Below the pieces are notes generated by a model. That model had not been told where the DNA came from. It did not search any database and worked only from the letters and a program-made list of their open reading frames with translations. Shown here piece by piece: positions 43,035 to 54,408 of a stretch of DNA of 64,000 bases; positions within the stretch are counted from its first letter, which is position 1; each line of letters opens with the position of its first letter. The position numbers and the translations under genes are program-made. This DNA comes from Candidatus Bathyarchaeota archaeon. GTDB taxonomy: Archaea > Thermoproteota > Bathyarchaeia > Bathyarchaeales > Bathycorpusculaceae. The stretch lies in assembly GCA_963770935.1 (NCBI GenBank), contig CAVYRJ010000009.1, positions 140,728 through 204,727 on the forward strand, in the 5' to 3' direction.

Positions 43035-43623
43035 CTATTGCGCAAAGACGTAGCTTGTTTCCTTGATGACTTCATTTTGCGATGTGCCAACCCAGATTAT
43101 TCTGTAAGGAATACCAGTTGAAGGCGCTGAGTAGTCTGCAACAATACTGTAAATAGAGTTTGGAACTACTGGATAATTGATTGTAACATTCCAGCCATTG
43201 CTATAGTACATGTATGTTTCTGCTCCCACAATGTTTGCAGGCGTTACTCTTCCTCCCGTCCAAACTAAATCTTTCACGAACACTGCAGTCTCAGGATGGT
43301 TAGATTTTATGAAGTTCATTGCAGAGTCGCGTATTTTTTCTTGCGTTGTTATCTCGGTAGGAAATGGGTATGTTGGGCTAGCTGAAACTCAGGGGTGTTG
43401 GTTTAGTAATTGGTGTTGGTGTTATTGGAAATGAAGAGATTGGCGTAGGTGAAACTGTTGGCTCAGGCGGAGGCGTGGGCGTTGGGGAGCTGTTTTGGGA
43501 AAGAAGTCTTGTTGCGGCGTAGTAACTTATCGCAACGGCTGCCAAAGCGAACACAACTATCAGAAGGGCAACTATTATTTTGGTTATTCCATACCTTGAA
43601 GATAACAATCGCAATTTAACCAC
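43035..43623 (-). CDS. Membrane-anchored exported protein with Pro/Thr linker (+1 frameshift near 43385)
   Basis: TM helix IIVALLIVVFALAAVAI and a PT-rich linker; continues into ORF 43035-43319 by a one-base shift. Confidence 0.6.
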
Positions 43624-43735
43624 CCTTTCTTTTGCTCTATAATGTATAAAAAACTTGTCAAAAAATAAGTTAAAGGCATTTTTTAATTCAATTAAAGTTC
43701 TCGCCTTGAAGGTTTTTCTAAACTCAGTTGTCACG

Positions 43736-44402
43736 TTATTTTAGGAATCTTGATTTTATGATGATTTTTCGTGAATCCCAAAATTGTTGGCAGCTAATTA
43801 CCACCTTCCTTAGTGAAACACCATTCACCATTGCCAAATTGTCAATTTTGCCGACTGAAAATCTTGTTTTCGTTTGTTTCAACGGTTACTTTAGCCAAAA
43901 CCATTTTTTCGATTGAAGAAGATTCGGGCGGAACCCAATCAACCTCTATTTTTGACCCCTCGGTAATCATATTGAATTTTGTTTCTGCATCTCCGATTGC
44001 AGGGGTTGGGTCAGTCATGTTTTCATCGTATCTTATCCAAACGAAGAGTTCTCTTGCCTTGCCAACTTCTTTTGGAGTGAATTTCCGATTTAAATTGAAT
44101 CTGAACCCTTGGGGTAACACTATTTCTCGTCCATAACCATCCAATGCAAAGCCTTCGCTCAAACGAATGACACCCGCAGATTTGTCAGCTGTGACTTCAA
44201 GTCCGCATACCACTCCCATCCCAAAGAGCGTTCGGTTCATCAATCTCTGTTTGTTGATGAAATAGTTTTGCTCGACCTGAAAATCTGTCGGCGTCAAAAT
44301 TTTTCCAAAAAAATAGTTGTTTCGTTTAAAAATTGGGAAAGGCAATGCTTTGTTTTTTTCCCGTTTCAGCACTTTTTTGTGGAGTTTGTTTGCGGGCTTC
44401 AA
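43736..44402 (-). CDS. Protein resembling the N-terminal domain of contractile-injection-system / phage baseplate-tail-associated proteins
   Basis: RNNYFFGKILTPTDFQVEQNYFINKQRLMNRTLFGMGVVCGLEV...GFALDGYGREI. A probable +1 shift near 43860 extends it to TAA 43736. Confidence 0.55.
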
Positions 44403-44634
44403 ATATAGTCATCCCACATACCACATTAGTCGTATCTCGCATAATACATTTTTGTTTACTTAAAACTATAAAGCAAAGAAATCGTTCATCTTATATCTAC
44501 TTATTTGATCTAAACTCTAATCCGCACACAGTATTTCTGCATTTAAACTCAAGATTGGCAACATCTGAGTCAATGTTTTAGGTATTCTGAATTCATAAGG
44601 GACTAATAATCAACTCGTTAGTATGTAGTGGGGC

Positions 44635-46736
44635 ATGGCTAATACAAACCCTCAATCAGAACGGGATAGTCATAGATGTATCTGAATTGGCTGCTTTAAA
44701 CAAGAAGAGTGCCATTCGCATTTTACATGTAGATGATGACCCGCTTGTTCTGGAAACCTCAAAGCTAATTCTAATGGATATGGACAACTTTGAAATTGAC
44801 AACGCCTGCTGTGTGGATGAAGCCTTAAAAAAACTGTCAACAAGGACAATACGATGTTGTTGTTTCCGATTATGAGATGCCTCAAAAAGATGGATTACAA
44901 TTCCTAAAAGAGCTCCGAGAGCGAAACATTCAGATTCCATTCATTTTGTTTACAGGCAAAGGAAGAGAAGAAGTTGCAATTAAGGCGTTAAATCTTGGTG
45001 CAGATGGTTACCATAACAAACAAGGCTCACCCGAAACCATCTATGGCGAACTTGTCCACAGCATACGTTCATGTGTTGAGCACCAGAAAGCTAAACAAAA
45101 CTTGATCAAAACCGAAACAAAATACAGCTATCTATTCTCAAACATGCTGAACGGCTTTGCACACTGCAAAATGATCTACGACAAAGAAAACAAACCCGTA
45201 GATTTCGTTTACATTGAAGTTAATGACGCTTTTACAAAACTAACGGGGTTAAAAAAAGAAGCAGTTATTGGAAAAAAAGTTACTGAAGCAATTCCAGGAA
45301 TTGAAAAAACCAACCCGGAAGTATTTGAAATCTATGGAAGAGTTGCTTTAACTGGAAAAGAAGAACAATTTGAATTATTTTTCAGCCCAATTAAAATCTG
45401 GTTGTCCATTACTGCATATAGTCCAGAAAAAGGATACTTTATTACGTTATTTGATAACATCACTGAACGGAAAAATGCCGAAAAAAAACTAAGTGGAACT
45501 TTAGAGGTTCTTGAAAGGGTAGGTGAAGGATTAGATGTGGGTTTAGCTGTCATCGACAAGGATTATCGGGTGATTTGGGCTAATAAACATCTAATGGATT
45601 TGGGTGTTTCTCCGAAAAAAAATTGCTATCAGACTTTTATCACAGAACAAAAAGAAACAGAGGAGAGGTTAAAGCAGGCTGAAGAAAAACACAGGACTTT
45701 GCTTAATGCTGCTAATGTGATAGTTCAATCCGTTGATGCTGAAGGCAGATATGTCTTTGTTAATGAGGAATGGAAACAGGTGTTAGGCTACACTGACAAG
45801 GACATAGAAAGAATCACCATTATGAATGTAATTCGAAAGGATCATTTACAATATTGCATGAATGTTTTCAAACAAGTAATGAACGGAGTGTGTATTCGTA
45901 ACGTTGAGACTATTTTCGTTGCTAAGGATGGAAAGGAGATTGTTGTAAGTGGAAACGCCTGTCCTATATTCAAGGATGGAAAATTTGTTTCGACAGTTGC
46001 ATTCTTTGTAGATATTACTGAACGCAAAAAGAATGAGGAGAAACTAAGGGAAAGTGGTCGCAGAATTGAGATGATGAATGAAAAGCTCCGAGTAGTGGGA
46101 AGTTTAACTAGGCATGATGTCCGTAACAAGCTTTCGGCAGTTACGGGTTATGCGTATATTCTTAAGAAAAAACATAGTGATTTGGCAGACGTTGTGGATG
46201 GGCTTAGCAAGATGGAGCAAGCTGTGGCAGAAACTGTTAAGATTTTTGATTTTGCCAAAATGTATGAGCAAATTGGTGTAGAAGAGTTGACCTATGTTAA
46301 TGTAGAAGAGAAACTAAAGGAAGCAGTGGCTCTCTTTTCTGGACCTATTCCAACGATAAAAAATGAGTGCCAAGGGTTAACGGTTCTTGCAGACTCATTT
46401 CTGAGACAACTATTCTACAATTTCATAGATAATACAAGAAAATACGGCGAAAAAACTACAACAATAAGAGTGCACTATGAAAAAATGGAGGAGGACGGTC
46501 TAAAATTAGTTTATGAAGATGATGGTGTAGGCATCTCTTTTGAGAATAAACCGAGTTTATTCAAAGAAGGCTTCAGCACAGGTGGCAGCACAGGCTTTGG
46601 GCTATTTCTCACAAAAAGAATGATAGATGTTTATAGCTGGAGAATTGAGGAGAATGGTGAACCCGGCAAAGGAGCCAAATTCACCATAACCATTCCGAAA
46701 TTGAACAAGAATGGAGAAGAAAATTACCTAATATAG
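44635..46736 (+). CDS. Hybrid REC-PAS-PAS-histidine kinase (+1 frameshifts near 44668 and 44842)
   Basis: ILHVDDD / SDYEMP...FTGKG REC domain, PAS domains, RHDVRNKL H-box, NFIDN, DDGVGI, GTGFGL-like G boxes. Confidence 0.88.
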
Positions 46737-47020
46737 AGGTCAATTCAGAAATTAGAAATTATTGGTTCTATTCAAGTGGACAAGGTCACTTTTGAACAAA
46801 CTAACGGATTCTAAAGCAAAATTTTAAAAAACTTACATCTACATGCTTAATGAGCAAAACAGCGCAAAGAGAAATTACTAATAATCAGTAGGAATGCGAC
46901 AGGTGAATATCCGACAGGTTTTTTTGTTGGGTTCTGCAGGATCAAGAATTTGGATTAAAAACTCCCTCAGAAAATTGAGATTTCACATGCAATTCCACCT
47001 TTTTCCTATTCTTACCTATA

Positions 47021-47090
47021 GATGCGCATGAGATTTGAACCATGAGGATAGCAAAATTAGCAAAATATTGGTGCGGGGGATTCGAATCCT
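47021..47090 (-). other. Degenerate tRNA 3'-end remnants
   Basis: Reverse complement of 47069-47090 is AGGATTCGAATCCCCCGCACCA. tgagatttgaacc at 47029-47041 is identical to 56197-56209. No 5' half is visible. Confidence 0.5.
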
Positions 47091-47330
47091 AAAAGCAGTG
47101 GAGATATGACCCGCACAACTCTGAATTTTTCCAACCGACATTAATTATATTTTTTCAAAAAACAGGAAAGGAGGACTAACAAAAACATATGAAAGTGGAT
47201 TGTTTTCTATAAATTTTGTTTGTTTTCTCCTTTCTTTAGTGAAGAATAGACATTTCGTGTTTGAGAATAAGCCTTTTATTCAAATTGACGGATGAACGAG
47301 AATAATAACTGAACTGGGAGAAGCTATACT

Positions 47331-48530
47331 GTGAATATTATAGTTTCGCAGAAGGCAATAATGAAAGTGCTTGCAGTCATAATAATAGTCGCTATGGCTC
47401 TCGGAAGCGCTGGGGCAAGTCTCCTTGGGATAACCTTCCCATCTGAGCCTATTTTGCCGCCTTCAACCACTTCAAACACACCTATTCAAACACCAATGCC
47501 TTCTCCTAAACAAACAGCGCCCATATCTACTCCAACTCAAATCCCTGAACCCACATCAACTCCAATAGCAACCCTCACTCCCATCGCAACTCACTCACCA
47601 TTCCCAATTTCTTTCTCATTTAACCCAGCTCCAACAATCCCTTTTGAGCCCACTGTTTTTCCTTCTGAGACGCCAACTCCAACACCAACGTTAACTCCAA
47701 CACCGACACCAACTGTAACACCTGCACCTACCCCCTCTCCTACTGCTGCTCCAACACCAACACCCACCCCTGATCTAACACCAACACCTACCGCTACTCC
47801 TACGCCCACTCAAGCTCCCACACCAACACCCACTCCCAGTCCTACTACATCTAGAGGTGTGATTTCAATCACTTTCGATGATGGCACACGCAGCCAATAC
47901 ACTACCGCATTTCCGCTGATGCGAGACAGAAACATCGTTGGAACATTCTACATACCAACAGGAAACTTCCCCGCCGACAACCCATACAACAAAATAACTA
48001 CATCCGAATTGCTGCAGATGCAAAACGCCGGAAACGAAATAGGCAGCCACTCAGTCAGTCACCCCGACTTTACCAAACTAAATGAAACACAAATACGCCA
48101 AGAATACTCCGAAAGCAAAGCAACACTACAATCCTATGGGTTAACTGTAAACAACTTTGCTTACCCTTACGGCACAGGCGACCTTAACTATGCAAACAGC
48201 ATTGCAAGCCAATATTACCGTTCTACACGAATAGTATTTTATTCGCCTATGACAATTGCGAATGCGCCATTTCAGCTTTCAGCGGTTTATGGTCAAAGTC
48301 AAGGCGCACAGTATGCCAATTTGCTTCCAGCACTAAAAAGCATGGTTGACCACACAGTAAATAGCAATCAATGGACAGTTTTCTATTTTCACAACGTCGC
48401 TAGCTACAAAGACTCTGTAACTTATGGAGGAATTAGTGTAGAAGACTTTACCAGTTTCTTAAATTACGCAAAAACATCTGGAGCGCAAATACTAACAGTC
48501 AACCAAGCGTTGAATCTTGCTATGAAATAA
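47331..48530 (+). CDS. Secreted polysaccharide deacetylase (CE4/NodB) with long Pro/Thr linker
   Basis: Signal anchor, (PT)n linker, ITFDDG, EIGSHSVSHPDF, FAYPYG, FYFH. Confidence 0.88.
   Translation: MNIIVSQKAIMKVLAVIIIVAMALGSAGASLLGITFPSEPILPPSTTSNTPIQTPMPSPKQTAPISTPTQIPEPTSTPIATLTPIATHSPFPISFSFNPAPTIPFEPTVFPSETPTPTPTLTPTPTPTVTPAPTPSPTAAPTPTPTPDLTPTPTATPTPTQAPTPTPTPSPTTSRGVISITFDDGTRSQYTTAFPLMRDRNIVGTFYIPTGNFPADNPYNKITTSELLQMQNAGNEIGSHSVSHPDFTKLNETQIRQEYSESKATLQSYGLTVNNFAYPYGTGDLNYANSIASQYYRSTRIVFYSPMTIANAPFQLSAVYGQSQGAQYANLLPALKSMVDHTVNSNQWTVFYFHNVASYKDSVTYGGISVEDFTSFLNYAKTSGAQILTVNQALNLAMK
47660..47850 (+). repeat. Coding low-complexity Pro/Thr repeat
   Basis: Imperfect CCN-ACN hexamer repeats encoding TPTPTPT. 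Confidence 0.8.
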
Positions 48531-48684
48531 CAACATTGGCAAAACAACTACAAAGCGCAAAATTCCAGCAGAATCAGCGACATGCGCAATCACCGCGGTA
48601 AGGATTTGAAAGAACCCGACTCATGTGAGTTTGTTGAAGACCAGAAGAAACTTGGAGATTTATGTTAGATGAGGAGGTTTTTTG

Positions 48685-48865
48685 TTGAATCAAGCTGACG
48701 CGCACTTTGCAGACTGGTTAATGTGTCCTGTCTGCAAGAAAGAAACCCGCCACTACACCAAAGACATCCCACGATAACTCAGTTTCTAAGATGCGTCGGA
48801 TATGGTGTGAGGATTGTCGTGTAATTCAGATGCAGTTTAAACAAACAAACGGAAAATGGGAATAA
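48685..48865 (+). CDS. Zinc-ribbon microprotein (59 aa after removing one C near 48768)
   Basis: GAGGAGG SD at 48671; MNQADAHFADWLMCPVCKKETRHYTKDIHDNSVSKMRRIWCEDCRVIQMQFKQTNGKWE. Confidence 0.55.
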
Positions 48866-48903
48866 GTGCGCGCTCTTATATTCGTTAAAAGTAATTAGCA
48901 TTT

Positions 48904-49848
48904 ATGAAAATGAAAGCAATTATCTATGAAAAATATGGCTCCCCAGAGGTTCTTAAACTCAAGGAAATAGAAAAACCCGTTCCAAAGGACAATGAAGTAC
49001 TGGTGAAAATAAATGCCACAACCGTGACGGCAGGAGACATAAGAATGCGAGGCTTCAAAGTGCCAGCCCATTTCTGGCTCCCTGCACGGTTCGCTTTAGG
49101 TTTAACAGGGCCAAAGAAAAAGACACTTGGGATGGAGATATCTGGGGTAATTGAAGCAGTAGGCAACAGTGTGACAAAATTTAAGGCTGGGGATGAGGTT
49201 TTTGCAGAGACTGATTTTGGCGGCGGCTATGCCGAGTACATATGTCTGCCAGAGATGCCGGAGATTAAATCGCCAAAAACAGTAATTAGAATTGAAAAAA
49301 AACCAGTTAATCTGACCTTTGAGGAAGCCGCCGCTGTTCCTGTTGGGGGAATTACAGCGTTGATTTTTATGAGAAAGGCAAACATCCAGAAGGGACAAAA
49401 AATTCTAATCTTCGGTGCATCAGGAAGCGTTGGCACTTATGCAGTTCAGCTAGCTAAATACTATGGAGCCGAAGTCACTGGAGTATGCAGCAACAATAAT
49501 GTGGAATTAGTCAAATCTTTAGAGACAGATAACGTGATTGACTACACCCGGGAAGATTTCACCAAAAACTCTCAAACCTACGATGTCATTTTTGATGCCG
49601 TAGGCAAAATTTCTCGCTCATTCATCAAAGGGTCGCTTGAGAAAAAAGGTGTTTTTCTTTCTACCTGGCAGTCTTTTAAGGTTGAAGCTGATGATTTGGT
49701 GGTCCTTAAGGGGCTTGTCGAGTCAGGAAAGTTGAAACCGGTTGTAGATAGACGCTATCCGCTGGAACAAATTGTCGAGGCACATCGATATGTTGAAGCG
49801 GGACACAAGAAAGGAAATGTAGTCATAATTGTTCCACATAAGGCGTGA
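48904..49848 (+). CDS. Zinc-independent MDR-family NAD(P)-dependent oxidoreductase
   Basis: [37 protein letters not shown]; no catalytic Zn cysteines. Confidence 0.88.
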   Translation: MKMKAIIYEKYGSPEVLKLKEIEKPVPKDNEVLVKINATTVTAGDIRMRGFKVPAHFWLPARFALGLTGPKKKTLGMEISGVIEAVGNSVTKFKAGDEVFAETDFGGGYAEYICLPEMPEIKSPKTVIRIEKKPVNLTFEEAAAVPVGGITALIFMRKANIQKGQKILIFGASGSVGTYAVQLAKYYGAEVTGVCSNNNVELVKSLETDNVIDYTREDFTKNSQTYDVIFDAVGKISRSFIKGSLEKKGVFLSTWQSFKVEADDLVVLKGLVESGKLKPVVDRRYPLEQIVEAHRYVEAGHKKGNVVIIVPHKA

Positions 49849-50230
49849 GGAGTTCATTGAATTATGGGAAGATGTGCAAATAATCCTTTCAGGATTGTGG
49901 GTAGCTCTGATGTTGACTTATCTCTTAGGAGATGTGCTGCGAATATTTGCTGGTGACTTTAAAGTAGGAGTAATAGAGGGCAAGAAAATGACTCAAAAAA
50001 TGCTGATGGGAATGGCGACATTAATGCTGATTTCAATTGTTATGCTTATCTTGTCCTTGACATTGCCGTATCCTGTGAATCGCTGGGCAAACATCATCGC
50101 AGCCATAGGGTTTTTTGGTTTTAATCTTTTTAGGCTACCTACTTACCCATCCGCTTATGACAAATTCTTGATAATTGTAGGCCTCGTGTTTAACGCACTG
50201 ACCATTTGGTATTCATGGCAGTGGGTCTAA
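49829..50230 (+). CDS. DUF6326-like small membrane protein (true start probably near 49863)
   Basis: [31 protein letters not shown]; four TM helices. Confidence 0.65.
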   Translation: MFHIRREEFIELWEDVQIILSGLWVALMLTYLLGDVLRIFAGDFKVGVIEGKKMTQKMLMGMATLMLISIVMLILSLTLPYPVNRWANIIAAIGFFGFNLFRLPTYPSAYDKFLIIVGLVFNALTIWYSWQWV

Positions 50231-50330
50231 ACAGGGAGGCTAATTGTGCAGCGCGAGCTTGAAGCTAAGGATTAAAAAGGAAATGTTGTAATAACTGTGG
50301 AGCAAAATAATAGCTGATATGGTTTTGCCT

Positions 50331-50792
50331 ATGAAGTCTTTACTGATTGTATTTTCTTACCATCACAACAACACTCAAAAAGTAGCGGAAGCTATTGCGA
50401 AAGCGCTTGATGCAGAAATTAAAACAACTCAACAGACTAACCCAGAAGACCTACAAAAATATGACTTAGTAGGTTTTGGTGCAGGGATAGATAGCGGAAA
50501 ACACTACAAGGTTCTGCTTGATCTTGCTGACAAACTGCCACACGTTGACAACAAGAAAGCATTTATTTTTTCAACCGCTGGCGTAACAGGGAAGAAGAAA
50601 CTAGTCAAAGATCATTCAACTCTTAAGCAAAAACTGAACTTTAAGGGCTACACAATTGTTGATGAATTTCAATGCAAAGGTTTCAACACCAACCTCTTTC
50701 TCAAATATTTTGGTGGAATGAATAAGGGCAAACCTAACGCTGAAGACCTCAAACATGCAGAGGAGTTTGCCCAGAACCTGAAAATCAAGTGA
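50331..50792 (+). CDS. Flavodoxin-family protein
   Basis: SYHHNNTQKVAEAIA, YDLVGFGAGI, FIFSTAG, GKPNAEDLKHAEEFA. Confidence 0.85.
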   Translation: MKSLLIVFSYHHNNTQKVAEAIAKALDAEIKTTQQTNPEDLQKYDLVGFGAGIDSGKHYKVLLDLADKLPHVDNKKAFIFSTAGVTGKKKLVKDHSTLKQKLNFKGYTIVDEFQCKGFNTNLFLKYFGGMNKGKPNAEDLKHAEEFAQNLKIK

Positions 50793-51102
50793 AACTGACA
50801 TGTACGAACTCAGCGCGCGCTTAAGCTTTTTATGAGAAAAAGCTCCTGGACTTCTTAATAGTTTCCAGTAATCCTCAGTTAATACAAATGGCGCAACCCA
50901 CACTGGATACGAAGAGCAGGACACAGCATAAACTAAAATAACAGGTTTCGACAAGAAAAAAAACTAATCAACAGTAGCAGCCAAAACCGCTTTACATTCA
51001 GCTTCAAGTACAAACCTCAAACCGACAAACCACTACAACATGTTTTGGCGTAATTAAAATCTTATAGAATTTTTAAAGTGTCTGTTCTATTGCTTAGAAC
51101 AT

Positions 51103-51270
51103 CCTTACTTCATTGGGGATTTGCACGTTGTGGTTGACGCTGACTTAACCGTTAGGGATTCGGGCAAAATAGCATACGAAATAGAAGAACTGGTGAAAAA
51201 AGAATTTGATGAAGTAATAGAGATAAATGTACGCATAGACCCTGATGAACCCATATCAAACAACGGGTGA
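51103..51270 (+). pseudogene. C-terminal dimerisation-domain remnant of a cation diffusion facilitator
   Basis: PYFIGDLHVVVDADLTVRDSGKIAYEIEELVKKEFDEVIEINVRIDP; no start codon and no TM domain. Confidence 0.55.
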
Positions 51271-51279
51271 AGCCCAGGT

Positions 51280-51625
51280 TTTTCCATAAACGCATGCTCT
51301 GCATAGTGAAATGAACGTCTCTTAGCGTGCTTTCGAAGGTCTTCTTGATGTCTCCAAGGTAAATAGTTTGTTTTTGGATTCCTTTTTGAACCAAGCCAGC
51401 AGCAGTAAAACCAGCGCCTATAAGCTCACCTGTGGGGGAAGGGTCTGGAAACATGATTCAGGCTACTCCAATTTTAATAAGCTTTGATTTGTTGCCTACA
51501 CGCCAAAGCTTCTTTGTAGCTGCAACTTCCCGTTAGGTGCCTTTTATTCGACGGTATAGGTCTTTGTAGCTTTCAGTTAATTCTGTTAAAGCTTTGGTAA
51601 CTTGCATTGCTTCTTCTCGCTTCAT
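51280..51625 (-). pseudogene. Hypothetical protein pseudogene with two in-frame stops
   Basis: MKREEAMQVTKAL...IKGT*REVAATKKLW...IGVA*IMFPDPSPTGELIG reads in one frame from ATG 51625. Confidence 0.5.
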
Positions 51626-52141
51626 TAAGATTCATGCTTTTCTTGCAGATACTGTTTTGCAAGACAAAAGGTTTAGACAGCAAAGAAGCATTTTTTCTGC
51701 TTTTCTCTATTTTACAGGGAATGTTTTGTTATTTAAAAGTGAAATTTAGGTTCACTTTCTTAGATACTTACTCAAAGTAGTAAATTTTGCATTACAACCT
51801 TCGAGCATTGATACAACCCCACCTATTCTCCTACTAGAAAGTTTCCAATTTCATGGTGATAAAATTTGACAAGGCAAATAGTGCAAGACTTCGCCGTTCT
51901 GGAAGATAGTAAAATCATCCAAAACGACGATAAATTCCTCGTTGTTAAGGCCAGTGATAGCCTCCGAAATAGTGTATAAGTACAAAGATTTTTGGCGAAC
52001 AAGCCTATTGATTTTGTCCACGAAGTACTTTTTGAACCAACGCCAAAATCCTTAAAAGACAAACAATAATGTCGAGACAGAGCTGGGAACGCCCAAATCT
52101 TATATTGGGTTTAAAACAATATTCGTCTTAAGGGGGCCCAA

Positions 52142-52684
52142 ATGGCTACAGCGGCAAACAAAATTGTTTTCATCTATGAATTAATTGGAGTGGTTTTCAT
52201 AATTTTTCTTGGAAGCGCGCTCCATTTCACCTTTGCTTTATCAGGCAATCAACCAATCGTCGGTGCGTTCTCAGCTGTAAACGAGAGTGTGTGGGAACAT
52301 CTAAAGCTGGCTTTCTGGCCCGCCCTACTTCTTACAGTAATTGAATACACACTGCTTAGAAAAGCGGCAAACAACTTTTTCACTGCCAAAGCAATAGGCG
52401 CTTATCTCATGGTAACCATCATTCCACTCGTATTCTACTTTTATACTGCGTTGAGCGGAAAAAGCATTTTTGCAATAGACATTTCATCCTTCGTGGTTGC
52501 TGTGATAATAGGACAGCTGCTAAGCTACAAATTACTAACCTACAGACAACTAACAGGAAACCTTAACAAAATCTTTGTTGCCGCTATCATTTTGTTAGCC
52601 CTTGCTTTCATAGTTTTCACTTATTACCCACCCCAACTACAAATCTTTAAAGACTCACTCACTGGAAAATACGGAATACCATAG
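52142..52684 (+). CDS. DUF6512-like membrane protein
   Basis: GSALHF, FSAVNESVWEHLKL, FTYYPPQLQIFKD; five TM helices. Confidence 0.75.
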   Translation: MATAANKIVFIYELIGVVFIIFLGSALHFTFALSGNQPIVGAFSAVNESVWEHLKLAFWPALLLTVIEYTLLRKAANNFFTAKAIGAYLMVTIIPLVFYFYTALSGKSIFAIDISSFVVAVIIGQLLSYKLLTYRQLTGNLNKIFVAAIILLALAFIVFTYYPPQLQIFKDSLTGKYGIP

Positions 52685-52855
52685 TTCCAAAAAGGAAAAA
52701 AGAAATTCTTGAGAAGATCGAATTCACAGACATTTCTTTGAAAAAATTGGTCTACTAATATTTCTTATGTTTATCCAGCGCGCTTTGCGGAGAAATCGTC
52801 AAATGTTCTTTCCACAGGTCCCGCTTCCTCTGGCCGCAATAGTTTTTGCGGTAAG

Positions 52856-53314
52856 TTAAGGTGACTTGAGCCCTATCTTTTCAGTAACTTCATCAAGCTT
52901 TATTATCAAAATCGGTTTGTCTGCAGTAAAATCGCTCCAATCTGAACCCATGGAAAAGCCATGAGCCAAAAGAAAGTTTTCCGAAAGTTTCTGTTTCCCC
53001 ACTTCAGCCATCTTTTCAATTGCAATTTTCCTTTCTTCTCGATTCTCCACCAATCTAAGTTTTCCAGTAAGCACTACAAACCCATATTCGCTAAGATTTG
53101 GAGTATATCGTTCTATCTCAACGCAAACCGGGGTTTCTTGCTTGAAAAAACTCATCTTCTTCCCGTAATCTGTGAAATGAAAGTAAAGAATGCCCTTAAC
53201 ATAAGCGTACTGAAAAGGAGCGATATACGGCTGCAAGTCACCTTTGAAAGCTATACGACAAAGAAATTGCTCTCCAATTAATTGTTCAATCTCGTTTTCT
53301 TTCATTTTCGGCAT
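52856..53314 (-). CDS. Pyridoxamine 5'-phosphate oxidase-like (split-barrel flavin-binding) protein
   Basis: CRIAF...PYIAP...LYFH...GKKM...PVCVEI. Confidence 0.8.
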   Translation of the reverse strand: MPKMKENEIEQLIGEQFLCRIAFKGDLQPYIAPFQYAYVKGILYFHFTDYGKKMSFFKQETPVCVEIERYTPNLSEYGFVVLTGKLRLVENREERKIAIEKMAEVGKQKLSENFLLAHGFSMGSDWSDFTADKPILIIKLDEVTEKIGLKSP

Positions 53315-53462
53315 CTCTACTTTCGTCACTTCTAACACCAGCAATTACTAATCTCCCTTCTACTTTTTTAGCATAGTCATAACCCAACAAAACTAATCCC
53401 TAACGTCTATGAAAATAGCGAGCTTTAAAACAAGATAATCAATTAGATAATGTGGCTGACTA

Positions 53463-54395
53463 ATGAGAATCGGTTATCCTTGCATCAATAGAACCATTGG
53501 TTGTACCGCTAGCAGCACTTTTAGGTTAAAATCTTATACTGAAAGCCGTGTTAAGCAAACAGTAAAGAATAACTTGGAATGTTTGAGGCGAATTTTGCAG
53601 TTCAATCTTGAACATAAACTATTGTTTCTTAGAATTTCCTCAGACTTAGTTCCTTTTGCCTCTCATCCAATAAACAGGTTCAACTGGCAAACGCATTTCC
53701 AAGAAGAGTTTGAAGAAATCGGCAAGTTCATTATTAAAAATAGAATGCGAATCTCAATGCATCCAGACCAGTTTACTCTGATCAACTCTATCAAAGACGA
53801 AATTTTTGAAAGAAGCAAAAATGAACTCAAATATCATGTCGAAATACTTGACTTGATGAAACTTGATGCCTCGGCAAAGGTTCAAATCCATGTTGGCGGC
53901 GCTTACGGAGACAAAAAGAAAAGCATCGAGAGGTTCGTAACAAGATTCAATGAACTTGATGATTCCATAGTTCGGCGCCTAGTGATTGAGAATGATGACA
54001 CTTTGTACGATTTGAACGACTGCCTCAAAATAAATGCACAAATCCAAATTCCAATTCTATTCGATGTCTTTCATCATAAACTCAACAATTCAGAAAACCT
54101 GACAACTGCAGAATCTTTTCAGCTTACTGCAAAGACATGGAATGAAAAAAGAGATGGAGTTCCAATGGTTGACTATAGCTCTCAAGAACCCAATGGGTCG
54201 CCAAGGCAGCATTCCGAGACAATTGATATAGAAGATTTTGACTTATTATTGAAAGAAACTGAACCTTTCGATTTTGATATAATGCTGGAGATAAAAGATA
54301 AAGAAAAAAGCGCCATAAAAGCAATTGACTTGGCAACTAAAGCTGGGCGAGTACACAATCTTTTGAAAAACGACCTTAATCCCTCAGTTGTATAG
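53463..54395 (+). CDS. uvsE: UV damage endonuclease
   Basis: MRIGYPCIN, RISSDLVPFASHP, SMHPDQF, IHVGG, IENDD, FDVFHH, DIMLEIKDKE. Confidence 0.95.
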   Translation: MRIGYPCINRTIGCTASSTFRLKSYTESRVKQTVKNNLECLRRILQFNLEHKLLFLRISSDLVPFASHPINRFNWQTHFQEEFEEIGKFIIKNRMRISMHPDQFTLINSIKDEIFERSKNELKYHVEILDLMKLDASAKVQIHVGGAYGDKKKSIERFVTRFNELDDSIVRRLVIENDDTLYDLNDCLKINAQIQIPILFDVFHHKLNNSENLTTAESFQLTAKTWNEKRDGVPMVDYSSQEPNGSPRQHSETIDIEDFDLLLKETEPFDFDIMLEIKDKEKSAIKAIDLATKAGRVHNLLKNDLNPSVV

Positions 54396-54408
54396 TTCAC
54401 CTTGTTTT

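Noticed and set aside
47591-47809. Antisense Gly/Val-rich ORFs (also 4462-4767 and 13747-14004) and the Pro-rich ORF 58216-58812
   Set aside because: These are shadows of Pro/Thr linkers or Gly-rich TM genes on the opposite strand.
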